59,586 nt of DNA, taken from the NCBI RefSeq assembly GCF_004138165.1, contig NZ_RYFF01000020.1, positions 33,982 to 93,567 on the forward strand, written 5' to 3'. This document shows positions 35,601 through 44,464 of this stretch, piece after piece. Source of the stretch: Candidatus Chloroploca sp. Khr17 (GTDB taxonomy: Bacteria; Chloroflexota; Chloroflexia; Chloroflexales; Chloroflexaceae). Each line of letters begins with the position of its first letter. The first letter of the stretch is position 1. The position numbers were made by a program, and so were the translations under genes. The notes below the pieces were generated by a model. The model was not told the origin of the DNA. It made no database searches and worked only from the letters and a program-made list of their open reading frames with translations.

Positions 35601-36859
35601 CTATCGCCAATCGGCGATCATAATAGCGCTACCTCTGGAAGGAATGCCTCCTCCGCCAGCAACTCTTCGGCCATTGCCGTCGAGAACAGTAATAGTCACT
35701 TCTTGACCTACTTGCAAACCACATAAACGAGCATTCCCACCAGTATCAAAGCGACCACTTAGACCAATTCCATCCACCACGAAGTACCAACCTGCAGGAG
35801 TAATACCATTAATTTTAACCGAGATGCAACGAGGATCGTCATTGTAATTCACTACTCTGAACCGAAGCCTCTTAGCTTCAGGTTGAGGTGCTGGTACGGG
35901 TGTTGGTGGAGGTCTGAGACGATCTAAGGCTGCTTGCGCAACTGATGTATTTGAAATAGGGAGAGCGACAGCTTTGGCATAGATGCGTCGAGCATCACTA
36001 AGATTACCTTGCCGTTCGAGTTGTTCGCCATATGCAATGTATGCATCATAGAGCAGAGCATTGCTATCAAGAAAATTCGCTTGTATTGCAGCTAACTCCT
36101 CGAACTTAATTGCTGCATCACGCCATTGACGCTTCTTGTTCAATGCTACTCCATCAAGGTAGAGTACTAAGATTTGCTGCTGAGCAAGAGCCAACTGATG
36201 TGACGGATCAACGGCAAGCGCTGCATTGAATTTATCAAGTGCATCAACTGGCTGCTCTCCCCTAATGAGTTGAATTCCCCAATTGTAGTAGGTAGAACTC
36301 AACTTTTCGGTTACATCTAGATAGTTTCTGTCACTCTGGTAAATGGACTGAAAAGCATCGGCTGCATCACGCCATCGCTCTTTGGTGTAAGCATCGACTC
36401 CTTTCCTATAGTTTAGTGCGTTTACCGTTCGGGTATCTGGGGTTGGAGATCGTGCCGCGATAGAGGTTCTGGACGGAGAAGTTCTGGGTGTAGCTGAGGG
36501 CCTTTGTTGCTCTGGTCTAGAGGTCGGTTGAGTGCGCACCGGTGTAGCGGTATCAGCGCTGGCTACTACTACAGCAGCTGGCTCACGATTAGGCGACTGG
36601 CTAACCTCGGGAGGAGGTGTGCCATTACGCCCAATGATTACACCAATCAGCACCCCCACAATGAGCAAGACACCAACCCCGATTGCGATCACAATTGGTG
36701 GAAAAGTTCGTTGTGCTATGCCTCGTGTAGGCGGTGTTGACCGTTGAACCTGCTTTTCAGGAACATCAATCGGCCCCACCTCTTTCTGCTGGAGATACTG
36801 TTGATACTCTTCATCATTAGCATCGATCTCACCGTGTTTGTTAAATGTGGGCATAAACA
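35601..36859 (-). CDS. Island operon gene 14: single-pass membrane protein with TPR-like helical repeats and a C-terminal beta-rich domain.
   Basis: Start at ATG 36859/36853 ('MFMPTF'). TM 'FPPIVIAIGVGVLLIVGVLIGVIIG'. Repeats carry a W-x2-A-x3-[FL] signature ('WRDAADAFQSIY', 'WRDAAIKFEELA'). The layout matches the ectodomains of 47366-49150 and 50021-52735. Confidence 0.7.
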
Positions 36860-36931
36860 TCCTCGCCTGGCAAAAACGTGCGGTTAATTCCACCACAACT
36901 GACTACAGATAAGAATACATAAGCGTACAAA

Positions 36932-37735
36932 TCAACGTGTTAAAGCGCGTTGAACCATTGCCGAAGGGCGCAGAGCTTGATCACTCTCGAGAAACGCCCG
37001 CGCCATCCGCATGGGTTGGTAGCGGCGCGAACCTACCACCACGACACTATCCTCAAGCGGATCCGCTAGATCCCAACGCCCCAGTCCATGACGTACCAGT
37101 ACCTCGCCGATGTAAGCACCAAATGTACGTACATTGGCTGTAAGCAGATCTTCATCCCGTAGGAATGTACGATGTTCATTGTCTACATTGAACTCGAAAC
37201 GTTCCAGGCTCTCGACGGAGTAGTCGAGAGCAAGATCTTCATAGAGTGCCGTACGAAAACGTTCAGCTAGGGTAGCCGGTTCGAGCTCTTCCGCATCCGT
37301 GTCTTCATCATACGTATCACCATTGAAGGCACGGTAGATGAGCTCAATGGTAGCTTGGAGGTGCGCTATCGTCTGAGTCACTGTTGCGGCCGTGAACGTT
37401 GGTAGTGGACGATCACAGATCAAGCAGAGGTCACGATCATGATCGAAAGATAGACATGCATCCACTAAGTCATTGTTCATTTGGCTCATTATCAATGCAA
37501 GGGGACTGATATCTTCCCCTTCCTCAGCCGCATACAAGGGCGTTATGCAAAAACGCACATACTCATCGCCAAGTGGCCCTATCTGGGGATATGCCATAAG
37601 ACGGAATGTGCCGCTCGTAGTAGGCCCAATCGGACACTCGATGTCGAAATAGATAATAGGTTGATCGCTATCAGGATCTTCAACGTCGTAGACAAGCCCT
37701 GCTGTGGTGAAAGCAGTCGTAAAAGATATAGACAC
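36932..37735 (-). CDS. Island operon gene 13: strongly acidic cytoplasmic protein, possibly a chaperone/immunity-like partner of the basic proteins.
   Basis: GTG 37735 is preceded by AGGAG ('taggagtaagcctGTG'), immediately after the stop of the upstream gene. Asp/Glu-rich runs include 'DVEDPDSD' and 'YDEDTDAEELEP'. The N-terminal half looks YbjN/chaperone-like by eye only. Confidence 0.65.
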   Translation of the reverse strand: MSISFTTAFTTAGLVYDVEDPDSDQPIIYFDIECPIGPTTSGTFRLMAYPQIGPLGDEYVRFCITPLYAAEEGEDISPLALIMSQMNNDLVDACLSFDHDRDLCLICDRPLPTFTAATVTQTIAHLQATIELIYRAFNGDTYDEDTDAEELEPATLAERFRTALYEDLALDYSVESLERFEFNVDNEHRTFLRDEDLLTANVRTFGAYIGEVLVRHGLGRWDLADPLEDSVVVVGSRRYQPMRMARAFLESDQALRPSAMVQRALTR

Positions 37736-37748
37736 AGGCTTACTCCTA

Positions 37749-38390
37749 TTACGGTATCTGACGAATTTCCACATTTTTACGCTTCGCGGCTGTAATACGC
37801 TGCTTGATTATCGCATTTTGTTCAGGTGTGGTGTTCTTTGGCTTTGGAACCGCGACAACAAGATTGCTATTCTTGCTGGATAAAGCGTTTAATTCGGGAT
37901 TTTTATTTGATTTAAACTTCTTGTCCTTATAAGATTTGACTTGTGATATCTTTCTGTTGAGATTTTTTTGATCAACACCAGCGATACCCTTTACCGGTCG
38001 ATAATTTTCAATCAATTCAAATTTAAATTTTTTCGGATCAGTACTCCGCTTTAGCACCCTAAGTGTGTCAACACGTTTTCTATTCTCAAGTGCTACTTCA
38101 GAGAAAACATCTCCGCGCTTAATTTGCTTATAGTTTGGCGGTGTTTTTCCCTGCAAAGTAGTTGCAGACTTCGGTTTGCGATTGTGTAATTTTGCATGGT
38201 AATTTGTGGAGATTTTGTTGAATTTATGTCCATTAGCTGTATTTCGCCGCAGTTGTGTTCGCTTAAGCTCATTTGACGAAGAGACATTGCGTGCGGCAGC
38301 TTTCATTTTTGTTTTGGAGATCGGAACGGAGATGCTACTTCTATTTACTTTGGGTGTGCCATGCGTAGATTTGCTGCCAACTTTTTTCAT
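37749..38390 (-). CDS. Island operon gene 12: extremely basic Lys/Asn/Arg-rich protein of unknown function. It is the lowest-GC gene in the window.
   Basis: SD 'aggggtg' before ATG 38390. 213 aa dominated by K/N/R/S/T ('KKFKFELIENYRPVKG', 'KSYKDKKFKSNKNPE'). In the 60-nt line starting at 37861 I count 18 G+C. Confidence 0.7.
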   Translation of the reverse strand: MKKVGSKSTHGTPKVNRSSISVPISKTKMKAAARNVSSSNELKRTQLRRNTANGHKFNKISTNYHAKLHNRKPKSATTLQGKTPPNYKQIKRGDVFSEVALENRKRVDTLRVLKRSTDPKKFKFELIENYRPVKGIAGVDQKNLNRKISQVKSYKDKKFKSNKNPELNALSSKNSNLVVAVPKPKNTTPEQNAIIKQRITAAKRKNVEIRQIP

Positions 38391-38410
38391 TTCACACCCC
38401 TATACATTCA

Positions 38411-38977
38411 TTACTTCTTACGCACAATCTTTGGTCTGCCCTGGAAACGTCCGAGCCGCCGCGCCTGTTCGATATGCTGTTCGTTGCGCTCTTGCATCTG
38501 TGCAGCTTCAAAATCGCGCAGGATCTCGTCGGGTTTCTGTAGTGGTTCGGCATGGGGCATAAACATGCTGCTGAGTGCTGCCAACCCCACGAGACCATCA
38601 ACTGTCTTCACCGCAGTGTAGGCTTTGGCCTGATTGAACTTGCCTTTGAACCAATTTAGTTTAGATATTTGATTCGGTGTGGGGGATTTTGGCTGATTCG
38701 AGCCACGAACAGTAGGGTGCTGCAGACCTCCTCGCACGTTGCGTGTTGGCAACGTACTGCTTGGCTTCGCCTTAACTTGTTTTAGTGGTGGCGTCCGAAC
38801 CTTTGATGTTGGGTGCTTCGCCAGTTTGCGTGTCGCTTGCTGCAACTTGACTGGTGTAACCCGCTGCCGGGCGGTTGTTGAAGCAACTGGTTGTAGAGCA
38901 CGTACTGGCGGCGTAGGCTTTGGGGTATTGGGGTTGCTCACACCTGCCCCACTTTTAGTACTCCGATTAACCTTCAT
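38411..38977 (-). CDS. Island operon gene 11: basic Pro/Thr/Lys/Arg-rich protein of unknown function.
   Basis: ATG 38977-38975 overlaps the TGA 38976-38974 of the upstream ATPase gene (ATGA coupling). The N-terminal ~110 aa are low-complexity and basic ('KPTPPVRALQ...KHPTSKVRTPPLKQVKAKP'). The C-terminus is helical ('DEILRDFEAAQMQERNEQHIEQARRLG'). Confidence 0.65.
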   Translation of the reverse strand: MKVNRSTKSGAGVSNPNTPKPTPPVRALQPVASTTARQRVTPVKLQQATRKLAKHPTSKVRTPPLKQVKAKPSSTLPTRNVRGGLQHPTVRGSNQPKSPTPNQISKLNWFKGKFNQAKAYTAVKTVDGLVGLAALSSMFMPHAEPLQKPDEILRDFEAAQMQERNEQHIEQARRLGRFQGRPKIVRKK

Positions 38978-41787
38978 GCGCCTGCTCCAATCAACATTTG
39001 CAGCACCTGGGCATCTACGGGTAAGCCCGAGTTGCGCATCCAATCAGCAGCCAAACGCAGGTAGACCCGTCGCACTTCGGCGTAGCGCGGGTGCGCACCA
39101 AATCGTGCCGTACAGATCTGCTCAATCTGGGTATGGTCCAGGGCACGATCTCCATAGCCCCCCAGAACATCTTCAATCGTTTCAGGCAAGCTATACCCAT
39201 CTTGTGCAAGCACCCACTTAGCTGCGGCATGGGGATCGTCCGGTAGGATGCTAACGGTCTGCACTTGGTTTGGCATCGGTGGCTGCCAGAGCGCCGCTGG
39301 CGGCATCTGCAACGGGCGGCGGGCCATCATCGCCTTCACGGCCTCATCGGAGTCATCAAAGATCGGGCGATCATCGGGCGTCTGAAAACGATCCAGGTAG
39401 TTGCCAACCTGCACGAAGATCGGGCGACTATCGGGGCCTCGTACAATCACTTGGCCCTGCCCGAGTGAGCGTACGTATTCGCGCTGACGCTCATTCAGGT
39501 TCATCACCTCACAGAAGAGCTTAAAGCTCTCCTGATCTTCGAGCCGATGCATGATTTTGAGGTTCGTATTGCCTAGCGCACCATTGACCAGTTGGGTTGG
39601 GATCTGCTCAGCGATCAAGATCCCTTCCCCAAACCCGCGCACCTCAGCCAAAATATTGGCGAAATCCTCTCCACCACGACTCCGTGCGTCAGCAAGATCT
39701 TCGCTACCCTTGTGTCCAGCCGACATAAGCCGATGGGCTTCTTCGATCAGAGTCATGTGCAGTTGTTTGCCGCGTTGTTCGGGTGGGAGGCGTTTGTAGC
39801 GGCTCTGCAATTCTTGGGTCAGTTGTACCAACAAAAAGGCCATAATCAGGGCGCTATCTTCGGGGGAGCCAACCCTTCCTAATTCCATGACGGTTGGCCG
39901 TGAGAGCACTACACTGAGCGGGGCTGGAGCCGTGGTATTGACAATTGTCCCTGCATTGAGCAGAAGATCACGCATGCGAATTTCGGCTGATTGGCGTACC
40001 CGGTCTTTGGCCTCCTCATCAAAGCCCGCCGTCATCAACTCGCTCACCGCAACGAGCGTCGTGTAGAACGCAGCCAAGGTGGGGGTGCCTACCCCCGGAT
40101 CGCCCCCCTTGCCCTGTTCGAGATTCCAACCTGCATCGGTATAGACCTGACGCAGGGCTGCGCGATAAATCGCTGGCAGAGGATCCCACATCGAGAAGGC
40201 GGCCATAAAACAGCGCATCAACAAACTGAGATGGGTCTTAAGCAAGATCCCCTCTGCCACGTAGAAGGGGTTGAAGCGGAAAGGCGTGGTGGTTTCATCA
40301 CCCAGCGTAAAAATTAGCAGATCGTCGGCCATTTGTGGGTCGGCCATGAGTAGCCGATAGTCCGGTTTGTCAATTGGGTACATCACCAGGAATGGTACCT
40401 GGTGGTCGGCCCAAAGTTGGGCCAGCATGTGCAGGCATGTGTTAGTTTTACCGCTTCCCGTAGCCCCTGCGATGAGACCGTGGCGGTTAAGGTCACGGAT
40501 CGGAATTTGCATATACTGGCCAGTACGCGTGCCACGATGGATGATCTCACCGAGGTTCAAACAGGGCACGTTGGTGAGCAGGCGATCGGTTGGCAAAACG
40601 AATGGCTCGTCGCGTACCTCAAGCCCGGGTAGATAACCACTCTCGGGGGGGATCGGCAGACGGAAGGCCCCCGCCGCTTGGTCGGTACTGACGAGATAGC
40701 GCAAGCGTACTGTCGCCTGATCAACGCGTGTTGGCCCCCAGGCTCCGTACTCAAGAAACGCAAAGTTATAACGTGCAATCGCCAGATCTTGATCATCCTT
40801 AGGGCTTTCGCTGGCCCATTGACGTGGCTCCGGCGTATTGTTTTGAATCAACTCGGAACCCAGCGCTTCCATTACATCATTAGGTGCATAATCCGATCCT
40901 ATCACTTGGATTTTTATGCGGAATAAATGATTTCTTTTGTTGATCAGAGGCATAAAGGTACGGGAAATATCATCAAAGCGTTCACGGCGATACAAATCAA
41001 ACCATGATTTGGACTCAACTTCTGCTGTGAGATTGCGATAACGTGAGAGCAGTAAGTTAATCTGGAGTAGCTCTTCGTGGAAGAGCACTGTTGGTCGCAA
41101 GCAGATGCTTGCGACACAGGTTTGCTCTTGTTGCACCAGCGTTTCTAAGAAGCGGCCAAAAGCAGAAGCATCAAAAACTGGACTAAAGGGATGTGGGAAG
41201 TAGCCAATGGCATCAGTACCTGCGTATGGATCAAAATCCTCAAACTTGCGAATCTCGACCAATTGGTTCATGCCTACCTGTTCAATGGGAATAGGTAACA
41301 TTGAACGCATGAAGTCGTCTTCGCCTAACGGCTCTAATGGGTAGTTGAAAGGATCTTCGAGAGGGTAGTGACTACGAAACTTGCACCAGAGCTGCCAGCA
41401 CAGATTTTTGGCGCGATTGCGGTTGGGATGGAAAGCCTTGCCAAGAAAGACAATCTCAATGGTTGGGCGATGTCCTGTCACTTGACTTGGTCGAGCAATA
41501 AACCGCAGATCGAAGGCGGCACTACCCTCGGCAATCATCCGAGCGTTGATCAAATCATTCAGGAAGCGGATTTGACGCAGCGTAATCAACCGAATACGAC
41601 TCAGTTCACCTCCACTGAGCGTACGCGTGAAATCGCTGGTTAAAAAACTAGGAATGAACGGCACCCGTGCTGCAAAGATAGCGTGCGCCCCCTGCTGGCG
41701 AGTGACTTGCACCCCACTACCCCCCCAACTCTCGGCATAGTGGAACTCATCGGGATTGCTGACGTAGATGAACGGCTCTTGCAACAT
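38974..41787 (-). CDS. Island operon gene 10: HerA/FtsK-superfamily (DUF87-like) P-loop ATPase with a ~430-aa N-terminal domain of unknown function.
   Basis: SD 'aggaagg' lies 8 nt before ATG 41787. Walker A 'GLIAGATGSGKTN' at 40444-40467. Walker B/sensor 'LHMTLIEEAHRL'. 'ILIAEQIPTQL...NTNLKIMHRL' is typical of HerA-like NTPases. Confidence 0.75.
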   Translation of the reverse strand: MLQEPFIYVSNPDEFHYAESWGGSGVQVTRQQGAHAIFAARVPFIPSFLTSDFTRTLSGGELSRIRLITLRQIRFLNDLINARMIAEGSAAFDLRFIARPSQVTGHRPTIEIVFLGKAFHPNRNRAKNLCWQLWCKFRSHYPLEDPFNYPLEPLGEDDFMRSMLPIPIEQVGMNQLVEIRKFEDFDPYAGTDAIGYFPHPFSPVFDASAFGRFLETLVQQEQTCVASICLRPTVLFHEELLQINLLLSRYRNLTAEVESKSWFDLYRRERFDDISRTFMPLINKRNHLFRIKIQVIGSDYAPNDVMEALGSELIQNNTPEPRQWASESPKDDQDLAIARYNFAFLEYGAWGPTRVDQATVRLRYLVSTDQAAGAFRLPIPPESGYLPGLEVRDEPFVLPTDRLLTNVPCLNLGEIIHRGTRTGQYMQIPIRDLNRHGLIAGATGSGKTNTCLHMLAQLWADHQVPFLVMYPIDKPDYRLLMADPQMADDLLIFTLGDETTTPFRFNPFYVAEGILLKTHLSLLMRCFMAAFSMWDPLPAIYRAALRQVYTDAGWNLEQGKGGDPGVGTPTLAAFYTTLVAVSELMTAGFDEEAKDRVRQSAEIRMRDLLLNAGTIVNTTAPAPLSVVLSRPTVMELGRVGSPEDSALIMAFLLVQLTQELQSRYKRLPPEQRGKQLHMTLIEEAHRLMSAGHKGSEDLADARSRGGEDFANILAEVRGFGEGILIAEQIPTQLVNGALGNTNLKIMHRLEDQESFKLFCEVMNLNERQREYVRSLGQGQVIVRGPDSRPIFVQVGNYLDRFQTPDDRPIFDDSDEAVKAMMARRPLQMPPAALWQPPMPNQVQTVSILPDDPHAAAKWVLAQDGYSLPETIEDVLGGYGDRALDHTQIEQICTARFGAHPRYAEVRRVYLRLAADWMRNSGLPVDAQVLQMLIGAGA

Positions 41788-41806
41788 ACGGGTGCCTTCC
41801 TGATCA

Positions 41807-43195
41807 CTAAGCGTAAGCGGTCATAACGGCTTCGACCAGCACAAGTAGATCGCACTGGGGCGTCCAGTTAGCGAGCGGTTCAGGCATGAAGCGCTGCTCT
41901 TGTCCATCGAACTCTACAAACATAGTTGGAGCCTCTTGGGGATACCGAGCCGTACAACTAAAATAGATGCCGAGGGTGTGCCCAAGCTGATCACGCAGGC
42001 TGACACTGACCAGGAAGACGTTCGCATCTTCGTGTAGGGCGGCGTTTAGTCCCTGTGCTAGCATTGCGCCTATCTCGTTGCGCAGGCGTTCGCCAGCACC
42101 TGCGCCGCTGAAGCGTGCGACGGGTGACGGTAAAGCGGGAACAGTCACACCATACATCCCTCCGAGAGTAGCTGTAGGTGGGGCTACGGCCTGTCCGGTG
42201 AGCGCCCCAAGCAACACCTGTTGAAGGTCATTGCTACCTGCCGCCGATGTCCCCATCGGCAGCATCCCCGCCTTCGCCATCTCGGTCAGGGCCAGTAAGC
42301 GTTGTCCATCTGTTTGCGCTTTATCACCAAAGACACGCGTGTACATGTCTGGATTGGTCAGCAAGAGATATTGCGGTGTCAATTCAATCATGCGCGAGAT
42401 ATTCATCTGTGTGAGCGCCTGTGCCATCGCAATCTCGGCCTGCGAGTTCGCCTGGATCTTCGCGACCTCGGCATCAGTTTGCGCCTCGCGGGTACGCATA
42501 TAAACGTCACGTAATTTCTTGTCCAGTTCTTCAGCACCCGCAATACGCGTGATCTGGACGTTCGAGACTCGTATTCCCAAGTTGTCTTCAATGCCGCGTT
42601 GCTGCAATTGCTGTGCAACCATGTAACCTGCATGACCGCCCGCCTGGAAATCCTGGTATTTAGCAATTGATGCAGTGATCGAACGAATTGATTCCATCAC
42701 CGTATCATAGAGCCTCGTGAGCGGCTGTTCGACGACAAGCGCAACGTGTTCAGGATGAATTATCTGATAACTGACTGCAACATCGAGATCAACTGGCAAT
42801 GCAATCTTCTCACCCTGGGGCGGCTGATAGAAAATCGTAAACTCCTTCGTCGTTGTTATATCCAGCGTGCGCTCACGCGTATTGACCACGTAGAGATCAA
42901 TGCGATTCATCACGGGAAACGAGAGCGCGTGATAACTCCCTTCTTGCAGCACTTCGAGCACTCTGCCATCCCCGGTCACAACGACGGTAGTGCCAGCCAT
43001 AACCCGAAAGATACGAAAGATACTGGTGAAGACATTGTTATGAACACGTACTGGACCAAAGACAAGGGGTGAATTACTTAGATCAGCAAACGGTTCACGC
43101 AGGAAGTCATCAAGCGAGCCCTGTCTGCTCGCTGCTTCCTTATCGTTAACGTGACGACGGTTTAGGGGCATGGTCTGGTCACGGTTAGTTCCCAT
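41807..43195 (-). CDS. Island operon gene 9: SPFH/Band-7 (flotillin/prohibitin-like) domain fused to a C-terminal UEV/RWD-like (non-catalytic E2-fold) domain.
   Basis: ATG 43195 follows 'ggaaggag'. The SPFH-like core runs from 'VVVTGDGRVLEVLQEGSYHA...' through 'VDLDVAVSYQIIHPEHVALVV' and 'GIRVSNVQITRI' to a coiled-coil 'AQTDAEVAKIQANSQAEIAMAQA'. C-terminus 'LGIYFSCTARYPQEAPTMFVEF...NWTPQCDLLVLVEAV'. Confidence 0.7.
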   Translation of the reverse strand: MGTNRDQTMPLNRRHVNDKEAASRQGSLDDFLREPFADLSNSPLVFGPVRVHNNVFTSIFRIFRVMAGTTVVVTGDGRVLEVLQEGSYHALSFPVMNRIDLYVVNTRERTLDITTTKEFTIFYQPPQGEKIALPVDLDVAVSYQIIHPEHVALVVEQPLTRLYDTVMESIRSITASIAKYQDFQAGGHAGYMVAQQLQQRGIEDNLGIRVSNVQITRIAGAEELDKKLRDVYMRTREAQTDAEVAKIQANSQAEIAMAQALTQMNISRMIELTPQYLLLTNPDMYTRVFGDKAQTDGQRLLALTEMAKAGMLPMGTSAAGSNDLQQVLLGALTGQAVAPPTATLGGMYGVTVPALPSPVARFSGAGAGERLRNEIGAMLAQGLNAALHEDANVFLVSVSLRDQLGHTLGIYFSCTARYPQEAPTMFVEFDGQEQRFMPEPLANWTPQCDLLVLVEAVMTAYA

Positions 43196-43229
43196 ACGAG
43201 CCAACTCCTTCCTGAGGCGCACAAGGTTG

Positions 43230-44453
43230 TTAGGTTTGATTGGGTAATATGCTAAGCTGAATGACCGGAAGATCAGCCAAGATGTCCGAAGCTTCGGCGG
43301 CTGCTTCTTGTTCACTCATCTTGAGGCTTTCGGCTACGAAAGCTGAATAGTTGCACACCGGACATTGAGCATTCTTCGGCACATCAATGAAGAGGCTCTC
43401 TAACGGCTGTTGAAAGATCCACTCCGCACGATTACCGAAGAGGAGCCAGTTCGTCGGCAGATCCGGTAGCGTGTTCTGCTTATCGCGCAGAAGCGTTAGT
43501 AACGCCATACGCGCCATTAACAGCGCAATCATACCCACATCAACCCCTAGACCTGGCTGAGCCAGTAATTCTTCCATACGTGCGGGATCTTCGTAACCCA
43601 GCGAGAAATCCTGTGTAGCGGCAGGGGGAGGGCCAAAAAAATCGGCAATGACGGTCTGAAAACAGGCGTAGCAAGCACCCTCGGAGGGAATTGCACGGAA
43701 GATATCACCCCCAAAGGCGCGATTGTAGGCTGCGGCATAGATAGCCGGGATCCCTCTTGGCCAGCACACGGTATTGACCGCCAACTTTGAGTCTTCATGA
43801 TCAGTAGCGACCACAACCAGATCACACCCGGTAACAATGGTAGCTAGTTGATCCTCATGGCCTAACACGTTCAACTCGTAGGTCTCGACGGTAATTGCGG
43901 GCGAGATGTCGTAGAGCAGATCGCGCAGGGCACGGGTCTTATAGCGCCCGATATCGTGGAGGCCACACGCATGACGTGCAATATTGTGAACTTTGAGCCG
44001 ATCAAAATCCACCAACCGCATCTGCCCTACTCCGCAACGAGCAAGCTGGCTCGCCACCACTGAACCACCTGAGCCGAGGCCAATCACGGCAATGCACGTA
44101 TTGGCGAGGCTGCTCACTTCAAAGATGCCGTGCATACGTGAGGCATAGTCAGTATGCAAACGGATGACGTTGCAGGAAATCGTTTCCCATCCAGTAGCCT
44201 TGCTTTGCCAACCAGCAACCTGATCTGGCAACTCATCGTCAATGTTGAGGACTATTTCTTCCGGGGCCAGTTCTGTTGTTGGCGGTACAGGGCTGCGATA
44301 CCAGCGACCTAGGTACGCACCGGACGCCTCAAGGATTCCCCTGATTTGCACGACATCGCCATCGTCATAACGGTAGCCGTAGAGCTTGCCCTCTGTCTGT
44401 GCAGCAGTACCAAGCAACTGGTTAATCAAGCTATCAGGAACGGTAAGAAACAT
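43230..44453 (-). CDS. Island operon gene 8: ThiF/MoeB/E1-like adenylyltransferase with an N-terminal degenerate JAB-like segment.
   Basis: SD 'ggag' lies between the upstream TAG and ATG 44453. Rossmann motif 'IAVIGLGSGGS' at 44061-44081. 'RLVDFDRLKVHNIARH' is the E1 Arg-finger/Asp region. 'GACYACF'. The N-terminal 115 aa align by eye to the two JAB proteins, but with HKH replaced by YRS. Confidence 0.8.
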   Translation of the reverse strand: MFLTVPDSLINQLLGTAAQTEGKLYGYRYDDGDVVQIRGILEASGAYLGRWYRSPVPPTTELAPEEIVLNIDDELPDQVAGWQSKATGWETISCNVIRLHTDYASRMHGIFEVSSLANTCIAVIGLGSGGSVVASQLARCGVGQMRLVDFDRLKVHNIARHACGLHDIGRYKTRALRDLLYDISPAITVETYELNVLGHEDQLATIVTGCDLVVVATDHEDSKLAVNTVCWPRGIPAIYAAAYNRAFGGDIFRAIPSEGACYACFQTVIADFFGPPPAATQDFSLGYEDPARMEELLAQPGLGVDVGMIALLMARMALLTLLRDKQNTLPDLPTNWLLFGNRAEWIFQQPLESLFIDVPKNAQCPVCNYSAFVAESLKMSEQEAAAEASDILADLPVIQLSILPNQT

Positions 44454-44464
44454 CGGCAGACTCC

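Noticed and set aside
39157-39162. The 'EDVLGG' motif 60 aa from the C-terminus of the HerA-like ATPase as an embedded Ubl with a JAB-cleavable GG.
   Set aside because: The preceding segment is Pro-rich and too short or irregular for a beta-grasp. A single GG is not evidence. It is noted only as something a structure prediction would settle.
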